Below are positions 51,129-60,142 of a stretch of 64,000 nucleotides of DNA, piece after piece. Source of the stretch: an uncultured Bacteroidales bacterium (GTDB lineage: Bacteria; Bacteroidota; Bacteroidia; Bacteroidales; UBA7960). Each line of letters begins with the position of its first letter. Position 1 is the stretch's first letter. Made by a program: the position numbers and the translations under genes. Where the stretch lies: the NCBI GenBank assembly GCA_964348755.1, contig CAYGDW010000002.1, forward strand, positions 41,937 through 105,936, given 5' to 3'. Under the pieces are notes generated by a model. The model ran no database searches, had not been told where the DNA came from, and was given only the letters and a program-made list of their open reading frames with translations.

Positions 51129-51251
51129 TTACAATTCCTTTGGCTTGCAAAGGTGCTTTTCTTTAGCTGCAGCAAGGCCGCACTTTTTACAAACAAACTT
51201 TTCTTTTTTGGGTTTGTCTATTTTGTCTTTGCAGCGTTTTTTTTCGCTCAT
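51129..51251 (-). CDS. unlisted 40-aa Lys-rich Cys4 small ORF (hypothetical)
   Basis: Hand translation: MSEKKRCKDKIDKPKKEKFVCKKCGLAAAKEKHLCKPKEL. The ATG lies 4 nt after the stop of the upstream gene, and the stop lies 27 nt before the murU-like ATG. It is below the 60-aa cutoff of the ORF track. Confidence 0.4.
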   Translation of the reverse strand: MSEKKRCKDKIDKPKKEKFVCKKCGLAAAKEKHLCKPKEL

Positions 51252-51255
51252 ACTG

Positions 51256-52695
51256 TTATTTTTTTGGCCAGTTGTGTTCTTCTCGGTGTTTCAGGTCAAT
51301 TTTTACGGTAAATTTTTGGGCCAGGTGCCTGGCAAGTTTTTCGGCCATAAAAACCGACCGGTGTTGCCCGCCTGTGCATCCAAAGCTGATCATCAGGTTT
51401 GTAAATCCCCTTTCAAGGTAGTTTATTACCGAATTTTCGGCAAGTTTCCATGCATTTTCAACAAATCCTGCCACGTTTTCTTCCTTTTCAAGGTACCTGA
51501 TAACCTGCTCGTCCTTACCGGTCAGGTTTTTGTTTTCATTATATCTTCCGGGGTTTGGCAATGCCCGGCAATCGAACACAAAGCCTCCTCCATGACCCCA
51601 CTCGTCGGGTGGGATGCCATTTTTGTAAGAGAAGCTGCGTATGTGCACTTTCAGACCGGATTCGGGAGCAGGCAAAATGTCTGAAGGAGCCGTGGATGCA
51701 ATCTTATCTACCAAACTACTCAAATGAGGTGTAATGGTTGGCAACAAGTTGTTTTGGGCCAGCCATCGAAGGTTTCGCAGGGCATAGGGTACGCTTTGCA
51801 GAAAAAGGGCTTTTTTTTCGACCCCGCCCCTGAAACCGTATGATCCCAGGGCCTGCAATATTCGCATTACTACAAAGTCGTAAAAATATCCGCGGAAGCG
51901 GTCCTCATCTACCTCGGTCCACTTTTTCAGGCTTTCAATATAGTAATCAAGCAGTTCAACCCGTTGCTCGAAAGGAATATTTGCCTTGGCATCAAACAGC
52001 AACGAGGCCACATCGTATTGCAGGGCACCGCGCCGGCCACCCTGGTAATCAATAAAAACCGGCTCATTGTTTACAACCATTATGTTTCTCGACTGAAAGT
52101 CGCGATAAAGAAAATAACCCGAAGGCGCTTTGAGCAGGTGGGCTGCAAAATGTTCAAAATCATCTTCGAGCTTTTGTTCATCGAAGCCAATGCCCGAAAT
52201 TTTCAGGAAGTAATATTTAAAATAGTTCAGGTCCCACATCATTGAGTGGCGGTCGAAAGCGTGCCTCGGGTAACAAATACTAAAGTCGAGGCCTTTGGTT
52301 GCTTTTACCTGAAATGCCGGAAGCCAGTCTAATGCCTTTTTATACAACGCCATTGTGGTGGGGTTGAATTTTTTTACTGCCGGGTCGTGTGGCAAAAGCG
52401 AAAAAAGGGTAGTATCGCCCAGGTCGGAAAGCAGGTAGCAATGGCCTTCGGGCTCGCGCGCGAGCACTTCGGGCACGGGCAGGCTGTGGTTGGCAAAATG
52501 TTGCGAAAGGGTCAGAAAAGCCAAGTTTTCGCGGGTGTCGGGATTAAAGGCGCCAATGCAGGTTTCATTGCCGAAGAATATCCTGAAATAACGCCTGTTT
52601 GAGCCCGAAGGGGGAAGGGGCATTATATGGTCTGGCTTTTGTTGCTGCCACGATTCAAACAATTCTGAAACCGCCTGTTCAATATTCCACTGCAT
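51256..52695 (-). CDS. fusion protein: APH-fold sugar kinase (AmgK-like) + RapZ C-terminal domain
   Basis: The N-terminal ~330 aa has the phosphotransferase catalytic loop YRDFQSRNIMV...IDYQGG. The C-terminal ~145 aa has the RapZ hallmarks FDCRALPNPGRY...LTGKD...FGCTGGQHRSV. Confidence 0.75.
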   Translation of the reverse strand: MQWNIEQAVSELFESWQQQKPDHIMPLPPSGSNRRYFRIFFGNETCIGAFNPDTRENLAFLTLSQHFANHSLPVPEVLAREPEGHCYLLSDLGDTTLFSLLPHDPAVKKFNPTTMALYKKALDWLPAFQVKATKGLDFSICYPRHAFDRHSMMWDLNYFKYYFLKISGIGFDEQKLEDDFEHFAAHLLKAPSGYFLYRDFQSRNIMVVNNEPVFIDYQGGRRGALQYDVASLLFDAKANIPFEQRVELLDYYIESLKKWTEVDEDRFRGYFYDFVVMRILQALGSYGFRGGVEKKALFLQSVPYALRNLRWLAQNNLLPTITPHLSSLVDKIASTAPSDILPAPESGLKVHIRSFSYKNGIPPDEWGHGGGFVFDCRALPNPGRYNENKNLTGKDEQVIRYLEKEENVAGFVENAWKLAENSVINYLERGFTNLMISFGCTGGQHRSVFMAEKLARHLAQKFTVKIDLKHREEHNWPKK

Positions 52696-52848
52696 GCATA
52701 AATAATTTAGACCTCAAAAATACATCTTTTTGAGCAGGCTAAAAAGGTCATTATTTATGGCTTTGTGCTGTTGCTTGCCTTATCTTGCGGTAAAAAGGCT
52801 AAATTTGTTGCAAAACAATTCAAATAAAAATCAAATAATTATTCTGTT

Positions 52849-53355
52849 ATGAAAAGCAACCAGGTTACCGATATTCTGAAACAGGCCATTATTATGGAAA
52901 CCCGCGGCAAGGCACTTTATGCCAAGGTTGCCGAACAAACCCAAAGCGATGATGTGAGAAAAATTTTCGAAATCATGGCAAATGAAGAACAAATTCACAT
53001 TGAGCTTCTTTCACAACAATTTGTTCATTATCAGAAAACCGGCCAGTTTATTAAACCCAGCCTCGATATGGCAACAGGCAATGATGCCATTGCAAATTTG
53101 ATTCTTACCGAAAAGGTTAAAAAGGATATTTCGGGTGCAGGTTTTGAAGCAGCAGCTATTTCGGCCGCCATCGACATGGAATCGAAATCTATAGAGGTAT
53201 ATGCTGCACGTGCAAATGAAGCCACCGATACCATTGAAAAGGAACTTTACGATTGGCTTGCCAATTGGGAAAAAGGGCACCACAAAATGCTTATTGACCT
53301 GAACCGGGAGCTAACCGAAAAGGTTTGGTACGATAATAATTTTTGGCCGTTTTAG
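52849..53355 (+). CDS. ferritin-like / rubrerythrin-family diiron protein
   Basis: Two helix pairs with E...EEQIH and E...EKGHH metal-ligand patterns. Confidence 0.65.
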   Translation: MKSNQVTDILKQAIIMETRGKALYAKVAEQTQSDDVRKIFEIMANEEQIHIELLSQQFVHYQKTGQFIKPSLDMATGNDAIANLILTEKVKKDISGAGFEAAAISAAIDMESKSIEVYAARANEATDTIEKELYDWLANWEKGHHKMLIDLNRELTEKVWYDNNFWPF

Positions 53356-53377
53356 TAGGTTAGCCATCCCTAATCGG

Positions 53378-53419
53378 CCACAACACCCTTTGTGATTTGG
53401 GTGTTGTGGTTTCTTTTTT
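53378..53419 (+). terminator. rho-independent terminator after the ferritin-like gene
   Basis: ccacaacaccc / gggtgttgtgg 11-bp stem followed by tttctttttt. Confidence 0.8.
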
Positions 53420-53499
53420 CAAAGCATTGAAAAACTTTTCTGTAATTTTGAGAAAATAATCAGCACTTTTTCATTTTTTCTACTTTCGTAAAAAAAATT

Positions 53500-54207
53500 A
53501 TGCGTATTGATATTGAGCAATTTGCGGGTCGTATTCTTTTGGAGGATAACCACTTGCTGGTGGTTAACAAATTGCCATCCGAATTAGTTCAGGGCGACAA
53601 AACCGGTGACAAGCCACTTGTTGAATCCTTGAAGCAATACCTTGGCCACAAATACCAAAAGCCGGGCGAGGTGTTTTTGGGGGTTGTTCACCGCATTGAC
53701 CGGCCTACCAGCGGGTTGGTAATTTTTGCCCGCACCTCTAAGGCCCTTACAAGGCTTAATGAAATGCTTCAGAACCGCGAGATTTCGAAAAAATACTGGG
53801 CTGTAGTAAAAAATAAACCGCCTGAACCGGAAGGCAGGCTCGAACATTATTTAAGAAAAAACGAAAAGCAAAACAAGTCTTACATTGTTGACAGCAGTGC
53901 CCCAGGCGCCAAAAGGGCTGAGTTGCATTATAAAGCATTGGGTATTGCCGACAATTACTCCCTGCTGGAAGTGGAGCTTTTTACCGGCCGTCATCATCAG
54001 ATCCGTGTTCAGCTTTCAGCCCTTGGTTGCCCCATCAAAGGCGATTTGAAATATGGATTCGACCGCAGCAACCCCGATGGCAGCATACACCTCCATGCCC
54101 GCGAAGTAAGCTTTGCTCATCCTGTAAAAAAAGAATTAATCAGGCTGTTGGCCCCGGTGCCCAACGAAAAACTGTGGAGGTTTTTCGAATCTCAAATTAA
54201 TGGTTAG
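53500..54207 (+). CDS. RluA family pseudouridine synthase
   Basis: Catalytic motif VVHRIDRPTSGLVIFA, plus TGRHHQIRVQL. Confidence 0.88.
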   Translation: MRIDIEQFAGRILLEDNHLLVVNKLPSELVQGDKTGDKPLVESLKQYLGHKYQKPGEVFLGVVHRIDRPTSGLVIFARTSKALTRLNEMLQNREISKKYWAVVKNKPPEPEGRLEHYLRKNEKQNKSYIVDSSAPGAKRAELHYKALGIADNYSLLEVELFTGRHHQIRVQLSALGCPIKGDLKYGFDRSNPDGSIHLHAREVSFAHPVKKELIRLLAPVPNEKLWRFFESQING

Positions 54208-54231
54208 GTCTGGCCTTTGCCTTTAGCCAAA

Positions 54232-55494
54232 CTAAATGGAATATCCGTTAGGAATAACTGCAGCTTTTTTAATTACCACGATTCCATCCTTTATTGCATA
54301 TAGCTCATTTTCAGAGTCGGGCAGGTGCTTTCCGCCATTTATCCTTACATCATTGCCAATGCAGCAGTTTTTGTCAACAATACAATTGTTCAGGTAACAG
54401 CGCTCGCCAATTCCCAGCACTCTCTGATCGTTCTGAAACCTTTCTATTTCTTCGAGGTCCTGAAAAAAATCATTGCCCATTATGTAACAATTTTCTATGG
54501 TTGAGCCCTTTCCGATTCTTGACCTAATGCCTATTACCGAATGAACTATGCGGCTGGCGCTAATTATGCAGCCATCGGCTACCACGGTTCGTTCAAGGGT
54601 GGTTCCTGAAATTTTTGAAGGGGGTAGCAACCTGGCCCGGGTGTAAATTACTTTGGCATTGTCGAAAAGGTTAAACGAAGGAATATCGGCCGTAAGGCTA
54701 AGGTTTGCCTCAAAAAAAGATTCAATGTTTCCGATATCGGTCCAGTAGCCATCAAATGGGTAGCTCCTTACCTTGCGTTTTTTTATTGCCTGAGGTATAA
54801 TCTCTTTCCCAAAATCTTTGGTGTCTTCGTTCATAAGTTCAATAAGCAACTCGCGGTTAAAAATGTATATGCCCATAGAAGCCAGGTAAATACGGCCGGC
54901 GCGCTTCAAATCTTCGCTTACCGACGAAACCCATTGGGGCAGCAATTCGGAAGAGGGTTTTTCAATAAACTCGGTAATCCAATTCTGATCATTGCTTTTG
55001 AGTATGCCAAACCCGGTTGCATCCCTTGCTACTACCGGAAGTGATGCAATAGAAATATCAGCTCCTGCCTCCTGGTGGGCATTCACCATTTGAGCGTAGT
55101 CCATTTGGTAAAGCTGGTCGCCCGAAAGAATTAAGGCATACTGAAAATCGAAATTTAAAAAATGGTGCATACATTTTCTTACGGCATCGGCCGTTCCCTG
55201 AAACCAGTTTTTATTTCCGGGAGTTTGTTCTGCAGCAAGCACATCGACAAAAGCATCGGTAAAGTGCCCGAATTGGTAGGTGTTCTTAATATGCCTGTTT
55301 AGTGAGGCTGAATTAAACTGGGTTAAAACAAAAACCCGGTTAATGTCTGCGTTTAAGCAGTTTGATATAGGAATGTCAACCAGGCGGTATTTCCCGGCAA
55401 TGGGCACTGCTGGCTTGCTGCGGTGCTCAGTTAAGGGATAAAGTCTTGATCCCTGACCGCCACCAAGTACAATGGCTAAGGTTTTATTTTTCAT
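54232..55494 (-). CDS. glgC: glucose-1-phosphate adenylyltransferase
   Basis: AIVLGGGQGSRLYPLTEHRSKPAVPIAGKYRLVDIPISNC, plus a C-terminal left-handed beta-helix region. Confidence 0.92.
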   Translation of the reverse strand: MKNKTLAIVLGGGQGSRLYPLTEHRSKPAVPIAGKYRLVDIPISNCLNADINRVFVLTQFNSASLNRHIKNTYQFGHFTDAFVDVLAAEQTPGNKNWFQGTADAVRKCMHHFLNFDFQYALILSGDQLYQMDYAQMVNAHQEAGADISIASLPVVARDATGFGILKSNDQNWITEFIEKPSSELLPQWVSSVSEDLKRAGRIYLASMGIYIFNRELLIELMNEDTKDFGKEIIPQAIKKRKVRSYPFDGYWTDIGNIESFFEANLSLTADIPSFNLFDNAKVIYTRARLLPPSKISGTTLERTVVADGCIISASRIVHSVIGIRSRIGKGSTIENCYIMGNDFFQDLEEIERFQNDQRVLGIGERCYLNNCIVDKNCCIGNDVRINGGKHLPDSENELYAIKDGIVVIKKAAVIPNGYSI

Positions 55495-55500
55495 GACAAA

Positions 55501-56913
55501 TTATTTTAAAGATGAATAAAGTGCTAAATAATCCTGTGCAGATTTCTCCCACGAATGGTCAATTTTCATAATTATTTTTCTTATTGCAGTTACAAGTTTG
55601 GTGTCTTTGAAAAACTCTCTGGCGCGATGTAAAGCGTGCAATACATCGTTTGTTGTGCTATGGTTGTGGCAAAACCCAAATCCGCCATCGCCCATGTCGG
55701 TAACTGTATCGCGCAGGCCTCCGGTTCTTCTTACAATGGGTATAGTACCATATCGAAGGGCATAAAGCTGGTTAAGGCCGCACGGCTCAACGCGCGAAGG
55801 CATAAGCAGAAAATCGGAGCCTGCATAAATTTCGCGCCCAAGTTTTTCGTGATATCCAATATGCGAACAAAACTGCCCTTTAAACTGGTGCTCCAGATGC
55901 AGCAATGCATCCTGTATGTGTTTTTCGCCCGAGCCCAGCACAAGAATGCATTGCTCTCCTGGGTGGCGGGTCAGGGTTTGATACACCACATCTGGCAAAA
56001 TATCGGCCCCTTTTTCCATTGCCAACCGGCCAATGAACGAAAATAGCGGTACATCGGGGTTTAGCCCAAACTGACTGCAAAGTTTCTCTTTGGAAGCCCG
56101 CTTGCCGGCATTTACATTCACCAGGCCGTAATTTTTGTCTAAATAGGGGTCGGTTTTGGGGTTCCAAACCTCATTGTCAATACCATTTATAATGCCAACG
56201 CTTTTGGCCCTCTCGGCTCTTAGCAGTTCTTCCAGATTGCTCATCGAATGGTTAATTTCCTCGAGGTAACCTGGAGAAACCGTGGTTACTTTCCATGCGC
56301 ATTTTATAGCGGAAGCAAGTGGGTTTATCTTCCACCTCCACTCAACAAGGCCGTTGTGATATGAATCGAATGGAGGCAAAAGGTTTATTCTGTCCAATCC
56401 AAACTGGCCCTGGTATTCGCCGTTATGAATGGTAAAAACAGATGGAGTATTTGCAAATTTCTGATAAACTTCAATTTTTTTAAGCATAAACGGAATAAAC
56501 CCTGTATGCTGGTCGTGGCAATGAATCACATCAATTGGTTTGTTCCAGGCACACAGCCAGTTGAGGGTTGCAATTTGAAACCCTATAAACCGCTCGGTGT
56601 CATCAGGGTATGAATAAATGTTTTCACGGTCGAACAAGCCAGGTATATCAATCAGAAACAGATCAAAACCCGGATCGAAGTGGTTTGCTACCAGCACATG
56701 AAATGTATAGGTTGCATGCCCCGATTTGGCATATCCAGAAAAAATGCTGGTAAATGAATGCTGGTTTTTGAATTTGTTGTGGTAAAAAGGAATAATTACT
56801 GAAGCCTTTTGTCCTATTTTATTCAGATATTTTGGCAAAGCTCCTGCCACATCGGCCAAACCGCCCACTTTAGCAACCGGAAAGCACTCAGCACTTATAT
56901 GAACTACTTCCAT
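55501..56913 (-). CDS. glgA: glycogen synthase
   Basis: MEVVHISAECFPVAKVGGLADVAGALPK. The ATG at 56913 is used because the 38-codon extension in the ORF track is encoded by repeat copy Y. Confidence 0.9.
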   Translation of the reverse strand: MEVVHISAECFPVAKVGGLADVAGALPKYLNKIGQKASVIIPFYHNKFKNQHSFTSIFSGYAKSGHATYTFHVLVANHFDPGFDLFLIDIPGLFDRENIYSYPDDTERFIGFQIATLNWLCAWNKPIDVIHCHDQHTGFIPFMLKKIEVYQKFANTPSVFTIHNGEYQGQFGLDRINLLPPFDSYHNGLVEWRWKINPLASAIKCAWKVTTVSPGYLEEINHSMSNLEELLRAERAKSVGIINGIDNEVWNPKTDPYLDKNYGLVNVNAGKRASKEKLCSQFGLNPDVPLFSFIGRLAMEKGADILPDVVYQTLTRHPGEQCILVLGSGEKHIQDALLHLEHQFKGQFCSHIGYHEKLGREIYAGSDFLLMPSRVEPCGLNQLYALRYGTIPIVRRTGGLRDTVTDMGDGGFGFCHNHSTTNDVLHALHRAREFFKDTKLVTAIRKIIMKIDHSWEKSAQDYLALYSSLK

Positions 56914-56954
56914 TTTAAGAATATTGAGTCTGATTTCTAATCTTCTAAATTTCG

Positions 56955-57155
56955 CACTACTCTCCGACAAAAATTTCGGGATTTCTCTCTCCGCTCGAAA
57001 TGACAGGGCTTTCAATGATTTTGGCAATAGAGAGGGGGGTAGGTGGTACCCCCCTTAATAAAAAGCTAACTGACTGTCATTCCGAACGTAGTGAGGAATC
57101 TCATGCATAAAAATCTACCCTTTTTTACTTTATCAGACAATAGTGATAATTTTTC
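56955..57155 (-). repeat. composite dispersed repeat, copy Y (inverted relative to copy X)
   Basis: Reverse complement aligns with 28041-28205. It carries an extra ~30 nt that include the perfect hairpin ggggggta-ggtgg-tacccccc (57034-57054). Confidence 0.9.
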
Positions 57156-57244
57156 TCCAAAATAAAGAATTATTATTGACAAACAAGAATGATAAATACA
57201 TTTGTGAATATTTTTTTTGTGCTACACCTTAAAAATTTTGCTCA

Positions 57245-60142
57245 ATGAAGCAAATTCTGTTAAAGGGCATTTTTTTCCTTTTTGTTGTATGTGTGTCTGT
57301 TTCGGTTTATGGGCAATACTTCATTTGGGGTCAGGCGCCTGGCTCCCTTAAATGGAATCAGATCCAAACGGAAAACTTCCAGGTTATTTTTCCGCAAGGG
57401 TATGAAGAAAGGGCTGCTTATGTAACCGCTGCCCTAGAGCTTGCCTACGAATATGGCTCGCGTACCCTGGCTCACAAACCCCGCAGGGTTTCAGTAATTC
57501 TTCATAACCAAACGGTGGTATCGAACGGGTTTGTATCGTGGGCACCCCGCCGCCTCGAAATGTTTACCAACCCTCCGCAAAACAACAATGCCCACGATTG
57601 GCTCGAGCAGCTTGCAGTGCATGAGTTCAGGCATGTGGTGCAAATTGATAAGCTTAACCAGGGAATTACAAGGGTTATTTCGTGGATTTTGGGCGAACAG
57701 GGAACTGGCGCAGTTTTCGGACTGTTTTTGCCTATGTGGTTTGTAGAGGGCGACGCGGTGGCTGCCGAAACCGGCTTGTCAAACAGCGGCCGGGGTACGC
57801 TTCCGGATTTTGAGCAGGGCCTCAGGGCGCAGGTACTCAACAAAGGGATGTTTTCTTACGACAAAGCCTTCTTCGGGTCGTTTAGAGATTATGTGCCAAA
57901 TTATTATGAGCTTGGCTACCAGCTTGTAGCTGCAGGCCGGGCTAAATACGGCCCTGAAATTTGGGAAAAAGTGGTTACAAATGTGGCCCGAAGGCCATAC
58001 ACTTTAAGGCCATTTTCGCAGGGATTAAAAAAATATGCAGGAGTAACTTCGGTGCAGCATTACCAGAATACGTTCGAAAATCTGGACTCGTTGTGGCATA
58101 GGCAAGGGCTGCAATACCAGTTTACCCCTTCAACATTGTTTACCAGGCAAAATAAACTTTATACCAATTACCGCTATCCGGCCTTTGCAAACGATACCAC
58201 CCTGGTTGCCCTAAAAACTGGCTTGAGGGAGATACCAAAAGTGGTTTGGTTTGACCAGTATGGCAATGAACAGGTTTTGTTTACTCCGGGCATTATCAGT
58301 GCCAATAATTTTTCGGCTGGTGGTGGCAAGGTAGTTTGGAGCGAAACCCGCACCGACCCCCGTTGGGAGCTCCGCTCATGGTCTGAAGTATTTGTGTTTG
58401 ACCTGGAAACCGGCCAACGTAAAAAAATTACCCACCGAACAAGGTATTTTGCCCCGGCCATATCGCCCAATGGGCAGATGATTGCAGTAGCCGAGGTAAC
58501 TGATAAGAACCACTATTCGCTGGTAATAATAAGCGCTATCGATGGCCGCGAAATAAGCCGGATGAACAATGCTTCAAACGATTTTTTAATGACACCATCG
58601 TGGCATCCCGATAACAAAATTATTGCAGCGATAGCGCTCAATCAAAATGGGAAATCAATTGTTTCAGGCAATATTTATTCGCAGAATCTTACTCCTGTAT
58701 TTCACGCCGGTTTTGTAGAAATTTCGCGACCTTGGTTCACCCCCGATGGCAAAATTCTTTTTACCGGGGCTTTTTCGGGAATTGATAAAGTATATGTCTT
58801 AAACACCCTTGATAAATCGGTAAATCAATTGATTGCTTCTTACTTTGGTGCGAGCGATGCAATATTAATGCCCGGCACTGAAACGGTTTTCTGGTCGGAA
58901 TACACATCGGGCGGATACGTAATAGCCAAAAGTAAGGCAAATGTTTTCGCTGGGGTATTGCCTTTAGAACAAATTCAAGACCACTCGCCGGGTCTTCACA
59001 ATATTATAAGGCAGCAGGAAGGTGGTCTTATAACCCGACCCAATATTGAGAATTTTAAAAGGGAGAAGGAGAACGAATACGAAGTTTTGCCATATTTAAA
59101 GTTTCCTGGTTTATTTAACCTGCACTCCTGGTCGCCAGTGTTTATTGATGCCAGCAATAGGGAGGTAAGACCCGGGGCAGCCCTATATTTTCAGGACTTG
59201 CTCAGCACTTCGGTGGCAGTGATTGGTTACGATTTTGATATGGATGAACAGCTGGGCGCCTTTTCGTTCGATTACAACTACTATGGATTTTATCCGGCAT
59301 TAAATTTTAAAGCCCGAACAGGATTGCGAAAAAGCACCTACCGTCAAAATGAAACCGAAAGGGAATTTCTTTACAGGGAAAGCACCTTGCGATTCGGTGC
59401 CAGTCTTCCGCTTCGATTCAGGCGAAGCCATTGGTTTTATGGTATAACACCTTTTGTTAATACTTCCATTATAAAAGTGCGTGCAAGCGAAAGCAGCCCT
59501 GATTTTTTCAGGCCCAACGACCTGCAATCGGTCGATTACCGCGTGTATGCTTACCTTCAGCAACGAATGGTAGCCCGCGATTTAAGGCCTCGTTGGGCAC
59601 AGGTTGTTGATGTAAATTATCGCCATACGCCATTTCAGGGTGCCAATATGGGCAGTGTTTTTTCAGCCAGGATTATAGGTTTTTTACCCGGCCTGGCACG
59701 CCACCATTCGCTAAAACTGGCTGCATCGTGGCAGGAGCATAAGTCGGGTGTAAACCTTGAGCGCACCATAAACTACCGCTTCCCCAACCTAATTGCTTAT
59801 CCACGCGGATTTACTGGTAGGCGCGACCACAAGGTTTCTGTCTTATCGGCAGATTATTCACTGCCACTTTTGTACCCCGACCTGAGTTTGCCCCCATTTA
59901 TATACCTAAAACGAATAAGCGCCAATTTGTTTGCCGACCGGGCCGATACCCAAACATTGGTTGTACCAGAAAATGGGCCTGCCTTCAAAAAAAATGAAAC
60001 CTTATACTCGACAGGTGTCGAAGTATCCGGAAACATGCACTTGCTTCGTTTCATTAGCCCTTTGGACCTTGGTCTGAGAATTTACTACCTGCCTCAAACC
60101 GGCAAAACCGGCTTCACAATGCTTTTCGGAATCAGTTTTTAG
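57245..60142 (+). CDS. large secreted/outer-membrane protein with HExxH motif and beta-propeller-like repeats
   Basis: Signal peptide MKQILLKGIFFLFVVCVSVSVYGQ. HEFRHVVQ followed by WFVEGDAVAAE. The central region resembles TolB/WD40-like repeats (FAPAISPNGQMIAVAE, TPSWHPDNKIIA, WFTPDGKILF). The C-terminal residue is Phe (GFTMLFGISF). Confidence 0.6.
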   Translation: MKQILLKGIFFLFVVCVSVSVYGQYFIWGQAPGSLKWNQIQTENFQVIFPQGYEERAAYVTAALELAYEYGSRTLAHKPRRVSVILHNQTVVSNGFVSWAPRRLEMFTNPPQNNNAHDWLEQLAVHEFRHVVQIDKLNQGITRVISWILGEQGTGAVFGLFLPMWFVEGDAVAAETGLSNSGRGTLPDFEQGLRAQVLNKGMFSYDKAFFGSFRDYVPNYYELGYQLVAAGRAKYGPEIWEKVVTNVARRPYTLRPFSQGLKKYAGVTSVQHYQNTFENLDSLWHRQGLQYQFTPSTLFTRQNKLYTNYRYPAFANDTTLVALKTGLREIPKVVWFDQYGNEQVLFTPGIISANNFSAGGGKVVWSETRTDPRWELRSWSEVFVFDLETGQRKKITHRTRYFAPAISPNGQMIAVAEVTDKNHYSLVIISAIDGREISRMNNASNDFLMTPSWHPDNKIIAAIALNQNGKSIVSGNIYSQNLTPVFHAGFVEISRPWFTPDGKILFTGAFSGIDKVYVLNTLDKSVNQLIASYFGASDAILMPGTETVFWSEYTSGGYVIAKSKANVFAGVLPLEQIQDHSPGLHNIIRQQEGGLITRPNIENFKREKENEYEVLPYLKFPGLFNLHSWSPVFIDASNREVRPGAALYFQDLLSTSVAVIGYDFDMDEQLGAFSFDYNYYGFYPALNFKARTGLRKSTYRQNETEREFLYRESTLRFGASLPLRFRRSHWFYGITPFVNTSIIKVRASESSPDFFRPNDLQSVDYRVYAYLQQRMVARDLRPRWAQVVDVNYRHTPFQGANMGSVFSARIIGFLPGLARHHSLKLAASWQEHKSGVNLERTINYRFPNLIAYPRGFTGRRDHKVSVLSADYSLPLLYPDLSLPPFIYLKRISANLFADRADTQTLVVPENGPAFKKNETLYSTGVEVSGNMHLLRFISPLDLGLRIYYLPQTGKTGFTMLFGISF

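Noticed and set aside
50977-51684. 235-aa and 108-aa plus-strand ORFs spanning the murU / small-ORF / kinase junction.
   Set aside because: They are antisense to three tightly packed minus-strand genes. The sequences are hydrophobic and low-complexity, with no motif.
28041-57155. The idea that the inverted repeats X and Y delimit a mobile or composite element.
   Set aside because: The interior is housekeeping (trmD, thyA, hppA, gcvP, alaS, glgCA) with no transposase or integrase. The repeats are better explained as copies of a dispersed family. The possibility of inversion is retained in the findings.
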